64,000 nucleotides of DNA from Candidatus Helarchaeota archaeon (lineage in GTDB: Archaea; Asgardarchaeota; Lokiarchaeia; Helarchaeales; RDOG01). Positions 58,109-64,000 of the stretch are shown here, one piece after another. The notes below the pieces were generated by a model. The model made no database searches. It was not told the DNA's origin and saw nothing but the letters and a program-made list of their open reading frames with translations. Position 1 is the first letter of the stretch; each line of letters opens with the position of its first letter. The stretch lies in the NCBI GenBank assembly GCA_019058315.1, contig JAHPZH010000004.1:416001-480000 (forward strand), written 5' to 3'. Position numbers and translations under genes: made by a program.

Positions 58109-60202
58109 CTACGCTATATTATTACTAATTATTTTCATATCTAGCATACTTAATGAAAGTCGAATTCCTTCCATTAATGACTTACATGTAAAAATTCCAG
58201 AGAGATCAATACCTAAATAAACTAAAGTCTGAGCAATAGAGGGTTTTATGCCAGTCAAAACTACGTGTGTACCTAATAAACGAACAGCATTAAATGTATC
58301 GATTAAATGTTGGGCAATTGCAGTGTCTACAGTAGGGACACCTGTAATATCCACCAAAGCGACCTTTGAATGTGTTTCTACAACACGTTCTAATAATTGA
58401 TCCATAATTTGTTGAGCTCTCTCGCTATCCAATGTGCCTATAATCGGTATTACGACAATGCCTTCCCATACTTGAACCACAGGTGTGGAAGCTTCGAATA
58501 TAGCTGCTGTTCTCAGTTCTATTTCCTTAATGCGAGACATATCCCTGAGAGACTCAACTATTCCGATTATTTCGCCATCAATATTCCGATATGGTTGTGC
58601 AGTTATAATACAAGGGATTATAGTACCATCTTTGCGTATATGTTCAACGGGTAGTTCTAATCGATCTTTACCACCTAATATCTGAACTAATGTACATTCA
58701 GGAGTATGACATAAAGGGCTTTTTATTGCATCAAAGCAATTTATTCTTAATGATTCATCTATGCTTAATCCTGATAGTTCTGTAAATGTTTTATTTATTC
58801 GAAGCACATTGAAATTCTTGTCAATTATACGTATCCCGTCTGCTGCGGTATTAAAAACAGCATTCGTTGTATCAATTTCTCTTTTTATATTTTCATTTTT
58901 TTCGGTGAGAATATCCCTCATAAACTTCATGTTAAGGACTAATTCATTAAGAATCTGTTCTAACAATCCAATTTCCCCAGAATCGGTAATCTTCAGTTTC
59001 TGATCAAGATCTCCACCAGCAACAGATGCTATCTGCTTAATAATAATTGATAATCGATTCTGAACGGATTCAGACATATCTAACTCTTTAAGTGGTTTTT
59101 CTTCTTCTTTAAATGCACTAAATGGTTGATTTGAAACATATTTCAAGGGATCTTCACCTGTAAAAGGATGAATCCCACTGAGACTAGGTTTTTTTTCTAT
59201 TTCAAACCCAAGCGATTTTGCAAGCTCTCGATTTGCATCTATCTCAAAGACGTTTTCAACAATGTCTGAATAATTAACTTTTACTGATAATTGGGACCAT
59301 CTTTGCATCTGTGAAAGCATCCATATTCCATATTCGACCCATGGGAAAGGAGCAAAATCAATTCTATCAGGAATAACATGATTTTTCCCCTTACCATCTG
59401 GAAAATCTCCTGATAAAGCTTGTGCTACTGGTATATAATTTTCTTGATTTATATAATATGGAGCAGAGATTTCCTTAGCGATTTCCTTCCTTTCCTCAAC
59501 TTTCGCATTGTGCAATATCCATTCCGCCTCCAGAACGCTTTTCAGCATTATTTTGTATGTATTGGGATACTTTTCTATAAACTTCTGTTTAATTGCAAAG
59601 GCGCAGCAAGGATGACCTTGCCATATCTCCTTAGAAAGCGTATGAATGAATCCTATTTTTTGATAGACTGCTAATTGATTATATGGTTCTGCGGTAAAAT
59701 AACCATCTAATTTGCCCTTTTTTAGATAATATGGCATCAAAGATGGGGAAACTTCTTCCATTTTTACGTCTTTGAGAGGATTTAAACCATTTGCTGCTAA
59801 AAAATAACATAATAAGTAGTAATGCATAGAAAAGCGATATGGTATTCCAAAAGTGAATCCTTTCATATCCTTTACAGATTTTATTCCCAAATGTCTATTC
59901 GAGAGAGTTAAAGCTTGACCATTTATATTTTGCATAGTTACTAGTTTAATTTCTGATTTTTTACCATCTAATCCCAAATGGCAAGCAAGGGGCATTGGCG
60001 AAAGCATATGTGCCGCATCGATATAATCATAAACTAATAATTCCTTGACACCACTCCAACCAGGGGGTTTGATCATTTCCACATTAAGTCCGTTTTTTTC
60101 AAAAATACCATGACTATGAGCATAAATGAGTGGAGCAGAACAAGTAATTGGTATAAATCCAATTTTTAGGTCTGGTTTTTCAATTTTATAATTAATCAAC
60201 AT
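58109..60202 (-). CDS. rsbR: RsbR-type stressosome sensor: CmpA/NrtA/CynA-family anion-binding domain + HAMP-like + PAS + STAS
   Basis: KIGFIPITC, HMLSPMP, NINGQA, FSMH, EPYNQ, GHPCC; no signal peptide; STAS LDSERA..VDTAIA. Confidence 0.9.
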   Translation of the reverse strand: MLINYKIEKPDLKIGFIPITCSAPLIYAHSHGIFEKNGLNVEMIKPPGWSGVKELLVYDYIDAAHMLSPMPLACHLGLDGKKSEIKLVTMQNINGQALTLSNRHLGIKSVKDMKGFTFGIPYRFSMHYYLLCYFLAANGLNPLKDVKMEEVSPSLMPYYLKKGKLDGYFTAEPYNQLAVYQKIGFIHTLSKEIWQGHPCCAFAIKQKFIEKYPNTYKIMLKSVLEAEWILHNAKVEERKEIAKEISAPYYINQENYIPVAQALSGDFPDGKGKNHVIPDRIDFAPFPWVEYGIWMLSQMQRWSQLSVKVNYSDIVENVFEIDANRELAKSLGFEIEKKPSLSGIHPFTGEDPLKYVSNQPFSAFKEEEKPLKELDMSESVQNRLSIIIKQIASVAGGDLDQKLKITDSGEIGLLEQILNELVLNMKFMRDILTEKNENIKREIDTTNAVFNTAADGIRIIDKNFNVLRINKTFTELSGLSIDESLRINCFDAIKSPLCHTPECTLVQILGGKDRLELPVEHIRKDGTIIPCIITAQPYRNIDGEIIGIVESLRDMSRIKEIELRTAAIFEASTPVVQVWEGIVVIPIIGTLDSERAQQIMDQLLERVVETHSKVALVDITGVPTVDTAIAQHLIDTFNAVRLLGTHVVLTGIKPSIAQTLVYLGIDLSGIFTCKSLMEGIRLSLSMLDMKIISNNIA

Positions 60203-60203
60203 T

Positions 60204-60530
60204 CTATTTTTCTCCCTCGATCATTTCTATTTCTGTATTTAAAGTCTGTAAATTACTGATGGGACTTGTACCAGATTTTTTTAATTCACTATATACTTTA
60301 TTTGGCAAGATCGAAATATGTTGAACTAGTTTTTCTATTAAAAAACCCAATAGTAGACAAGCCGGAATTCCAACAAATAGCGCAATTAAATGAGCAAAAA
60401 GCCAATCAAATAAAAAATTTGAACAAAAACCAATTCTAAATGCTGTTACTGTGAAAGTTACTATTTGAGTCATAAAAAATGCAATTAAAATTCTTCCTAA
60501 TACTTTAGCATATTTTTGTGGAATTTTCAT
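60204..60530 (-). CDS. DUF2798-like two-TM membrane protein
   Basis: FFMT.IVT..F..FLFDWL.A.LIA..V.IP pattern; ends 1 nt before rsbR. Confidence 0.65.
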   Translation of the reverse strand: MKIPQKYAKVLGRILIAFFMTQIVTFTVTAFRIGFCSNFLFDWLFAHLIALFVGIPACLLLGFLIEKLVQHISILPNKVYSELKKSGTSPISNLQTLNTEIEMIEGEK

Positions 60531-60620
60531 ACTTTTTCCTCCTTTTCTGAAAGTTTATTTTTGCTTATAATCTCGAATTTAATTTTGTAAATCTCCTAAT
60601 TTTTTTTGATTAGATAGAAA

Positions 60621-60812
60621 TTACCCCTCAATGTAAGTCCTTGAGTTTAAAACTTGAATTTTTTGTTTAATTGAAGCAATTATTGAAGGTTTTTTATTAT
60701 TTGAGTTCAAATGATTATTATTAAGAAGTGGACCAAATACGATACCACAACCCTTACAAACTAACATTTTACGGTAGAAAAACAATTTTTTATCATCACA
60801 GCAATCTTTCAT
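60621..60812 (-). CDS. Small zinc-ribbon protein (TFIIB-ribbon-like)
   Basis: CC..LVCKGCGIV; GGTGA SD upstream. Confidence 0.5.
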   Translation of the reverse strand: MKDCCDDKKLFFYRKMLVCKGCGIVFGPLLNNNHLNSNNKKPSIIASIKQKIQVLNSRTYIEG

Positions 60813-61644
60813 ATGATTTCACCAAATTTTCCAATGAATTCATTATAAAAACTTATTTACCCGATATTTTAAGTAGTTATTTAAAATTGATTATCCAACT
60901 ACCTTTATTCATCTATTTTATTCCATTCATTTTTTGGGAAATTTTCCTCAAAGGAATCTAACCCATTCATAATAAAATTTTCCAAATTTTTAAATCAATA
61001 TGTCTATTAAAATTGAATAAACAAATAAAAATGTCCATTTAATTTGATATTAAAGGTATATGTTCAATTAAATTGAGTAAAAAATAGATAAGTCTATTTT
61101 TTTGATAACAGACTAAGGTATATTACATATTGATTAGCTAAAATATTGAATATTTTTTCCTTGATTAACAATTTTCTTAATGTAATGTGAATAATTTTTC
61201 ATAATTTTATTTATTTTATGATTGTATAATAGCATATAAAATTAAATTAAATAATTTCTAAATTATTCTTCCAATAATGAATTAAATGTATAAGTGTAAA
61301 ATCTTTTAGTTTCTCAACTAATCATTTAGACCTCGAAGCATTTAATTTTTTAGAATCAAATTACTAGCGTCTCGTATTCCCTAAACTGAATAATTAACTT
61401 AAAGTCTAGCTAAATCGAGTTATTTTATTAATGTCTATTCTGGTTGAGTTAATAGCTTTTATATATTGTCGAATTAATTTATAATACATATTTTGGTGTA
61501 GGTTTTTTCATGAATAGTAATATTAAATTAAAAAAAAATAATACTATTAAAATTGAAGTTAATTACAGTGTGGGGGAAAACTTGAGAAAACGAGATAATA
61601 TTTATAAATTTAATAAATGAAAATTAGATACAGGTTGAAAAGAG

Positions 61645-62766
61645 ATGAATATTCTGATTGTTGATGATGATGAGGTTTTTTTGGACAAAATTCAAAAAAT
61701 TTTAACTCTAAACCACTACAAAATCGTTACGGCCAATTCGGGTAATCAAGCTTTAACGAAAATAGATGGAAATTATTATGATTTAATTTTAACTGATTTA
61801 AAAATGCCAGGATTATCAGGAGTTGAATTAATAAAAAAAATAAGAGAAAAAGGAATCCAATCAATGATCATAGTGATTACAGGGTACGGAACTATCGAAT
61901 CAGCAGTAGACTCAATTAAAGCTGGTGCCTATGATTATATTTTGAAGCCATTTGAAATATCTATTTTATGGGAAAAAATCAAAGAAGTTGAAAGAGAATT
62001 GGAATTAAGGAAAAGACTTAATGTTTTAAAAATTACCGAGGGATCAGAAATTGGAGAATCTTTTGATTTAAATACTCTCAACGATTATGATGGTCCTTTT
62101 TTATTAATCTCCGATGAAAAACCTGACAAATTTATTAATGGGCTCCATCTTTCTAATATAACTTCAATTTGGCTTAATTATGAAGGAGAAAATGATAGTA
62201 TTATCCCATCAAAGCTACATTTTTTAAAATCTAGAATAGATAACTTTGTAAAAAAGAACCAGAAAGGTATTATTATTTTTAAAGGAATTGAAGAACTTTT
62301 AAATACGCATAAATGGATAGATCTCAAAAAATTCATCATATATTTACAAAACGAAGTTATTACATCTAATTTTTCTTTACTGATTCTTGTTAAAGAAGAT
62401 AAAAATATTCTCAATAATTCACAGCAATCATTATTAAATGACGCTCTTTCACTTTTAGTGAATCCGGTATTTAATAAAATAATCAATTTATTGTCACATC
62501 CATTAAGAAAAGACATAATTAGTCTTTTATCAAACGAAGAGAAATTGAATTATAATAAAATTCTTAAAAAATTGGATGTTGGACGTTCATCTGTATTGGC
62601 TTTCCATCTTAATAAATTGCTTCAAGAAAATTTACTAATAAAGAAAAATAATAGTTATTTATTAAATTCAAGAGGACTTTATTTCTCTGAAATAATTTTC
62701 CATTTGGAAAAATTAGGGTTTTCCTATCCTGAATCTCAAGTTAAACTATTTAAAATTGCTTCATGA
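61645..62766 (+). CDS. Response regulator: REC + DUF835-like + ArsR-type winged HTH
   Basis: IVDDD, TDLKMP, ITGYG, LKP; IWL..IIP..L..I..F..GIIIFKGIEEL; LSHPLRKDII..LAFHLNKL. Confidence 0.8.
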   Translation: MNILIVDDDEVFLDKIQKILTLNHYKIVTANSGNQALTKIDGNYYDLILTDLKMPGLSGVELIKKIREKGIQSMIIVITGYGTIESAVDSIKAGAYDYILKPFEISILWEKIKEVERELELRKRLNVLKITEGSEIGESFDLNTLNDYDGPFLLISDEKPDKFINGLHLSNITSIWLNYEGENDSIIPSKLHFLKSRIDNFVKKNQKGIIIFKGIEELLNTHKWIDLKKFIIYLQNEVITSNFSLLILVKEDKNILNNSQQSLLNDALSLLVNPVFNKIINLLSHPLRKDIISLLSNEEKLNYNKILKKLDVGRSSVLAFHLNKLLQENLLIKKNNSYLLNSRGLYFSEIIFHLEKLGFSYPESQVKLFKIAS

Positions 62767-63045
62767 CAGTATATAATTTCATTTTTACCCTATTAGGAGA
62801 TTTTCAGAAGTAATACTAAAAGAATCAATGTTTACTACTTTTGAGTTATTAGCTTTTATATTATAATTACATCTTCTATCATAAAACTCTAGGATAACTC
62901 TATTTTATTAGTAAATTGGGTTATTGAATAATAATTAAAAAATTTGGGAACTATACACTGAATTGAATTATTAAAATAATAAATACACAAAACTTGTTAA
63001 TACTTTTTGAAGAATTTGAAAAATCTTAAGAAAAAGGAGTTAGTT

Positions 63046-64000
63046 TTGACGGAAACAGAAGAAAAATACCGCTTAATTTCAGAAAATTTTAAAGATTTAA
63101 TTACTTTACTTAATAACAATTTGGTAATTGAATTCATTAATGAACTGTCATATTTTAATTTATTAGGTTATATGAACGATGATATTCTTGAAAAATCCGT
63201 TTTTGAATTGATTCACCCAGAAGATCGCGAACTTACTAAAATAATATTCAAAAATATTCCGAAAAAGGGGGAGAGATCTATACAGCATAGATTCAAACAT
63301 AAAGATGAAAATTACTTATGGTTTGAAACAAGTATTAGAAGATTTTTTAAAAAAGCTGATAGAGATGGAATTCTTTTAATTTCGAGAGATATAACTGAAA
63401 TTAAAAAAGCCGAAGAACGGTTAAATAAATCAATGAATAGATATCGTCTCATAACTGAAAATGCTAATGATTTAATTGCCATTCTTAACGATAAAATGGA
63501 ACATGAATATATTAATGAAAAAACCAATTTGAAAATATTGGGCTATTCCAAGGAGGATTTAATAGGAAAAACTCCAATTAATCTAATACATCCAGACAAC
63601 CTCAAAGACATTATCAATATTTTTAAAAAAGGTTTTGAAATGGGAGAAGGGAAAGGAGAGTATAGGTATAAACGAAAAGACGGCAGATATATTTGGTTAG
63701 AGAGCAGAGGGATAACATTCCAAGATTTAGATGGAAAACAAAAAGCATTAGTAATATCGAGAGATATTTCTGATAGAAAAATCACCGAACATAGTTTAAA
63801 AGACTCTGAAGAAAAATTTAGAACAATTGCTGAACAATCACTCGTCGGTTTGGCTATTATTCAAGATGGAATGGTAAAATTTGTTAATGAGGCTGCATCA
63901 AAAATTACTGAATATTCCATTCGGGAAATGGAAGGATGGAAAACTAAAAAGTTTTTTGATCATATTCATCAAGATGACAGATGGTCTAGTTTAGATCTAT
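63046..64000 (+). CDS. Multi-PAS sensor protein (3' truncated by window)
   Basis: TTG after AGGAG; repeated EEKYRLISEN/IHPED/W.E/RDITE PAS motifs; frame appears open to the window end. Confidence 0.85.
   Translation, partial: MTETEEKYRLISENFKDLITLLNNNLVIEFINELSYFNLLGYMNDDILEKSVFELIHPEDRELTKIIFKNIPKKGERSIQHRFKHKDENYLWFETSIRRFFKKADRDGILLISRDITEIKKAEERLNKSMNRYRLITENANDLIAILNDKMEHEYINEKTNLKILGYSKEDLIGKTPINLIHPDNLKDIINIFKKGFEMGEGKGEYRYKRKDGRYIWLESRGITFQDLDGKQKALVISRDISDRKITEHSLKDSEEKFRTIAEQSLVGLAIIQDGMVKFVNEAASKITEYSIREMEGWKTKKFFDHIHQDDRWSSLDL

Noticed and set aside
689-63785. Numerous 60-170-aa ORFs antisense to or nested in long genes (e.g. 29301, 38015, 46443, 49497, 50205)
   Set aside because: Shadow ORFs of well-supported genes, with no motifs or SD sequences.

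Overview
Very AT-rich archaeal DNA, most likely an Asgard archaeon (Loki/Hel-like). This is inferred from six small-GTPase genes (Rab-, Arf- and Rag-like), many longin-like and V4R domains, and AGGTGA-type SD motifs. No rRNA, tRNA, CRISPR array or transposase was recognised. Block 1 (1-25.7 kb) holds metabolic and redox genes: HdrD/GlcF + GlcD pair, AOR + MoaD, TPP enzyme, Zn-ADH, M20 peptidase, tandem MBL sulfatases, orphan Dam, FprA, FTR, Grx and a sulfite-oxidase-like protein. Its intergenic regions contain five related long stem-loop elements (candidate new ncRNA family), a repeated TGTAGATATCTACA operator-like palindrome and a chimeric pseudogene relic. Block 2 (26-40 kb) is a dense eukaryotic-signature cluster of longin/uDENN-like proteins and small GTPases around a ~1620-aa surface glycoprotein with a pentraxin-like domain. 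Block 3 (40.4-60.8 kb) is an uninterrupted minus-strand signalling run. A complete stressosome (RsbR with a cytosolic CynA/NrtA-like anion-binding sensor, GAF-PAS RsbR, RsbS, RsbT, RsbX fusion) precedes histidine kinases with a repeated ELxETNxG coiled-coil unit, a receiver-KaiA-like (KaiA3-type) protein, two cyanobacteria-like kaiB-kaiC pairs, further HK/RR genes and a receiver-longin fusion that runs into the GTPase cluster. The best candidate for a new system is this stressosome-gated KaiABC-like oscillator/timer, possibly outputting to small-GTPase signalling. All family calls come from motif recognition by eye; no database search was run.
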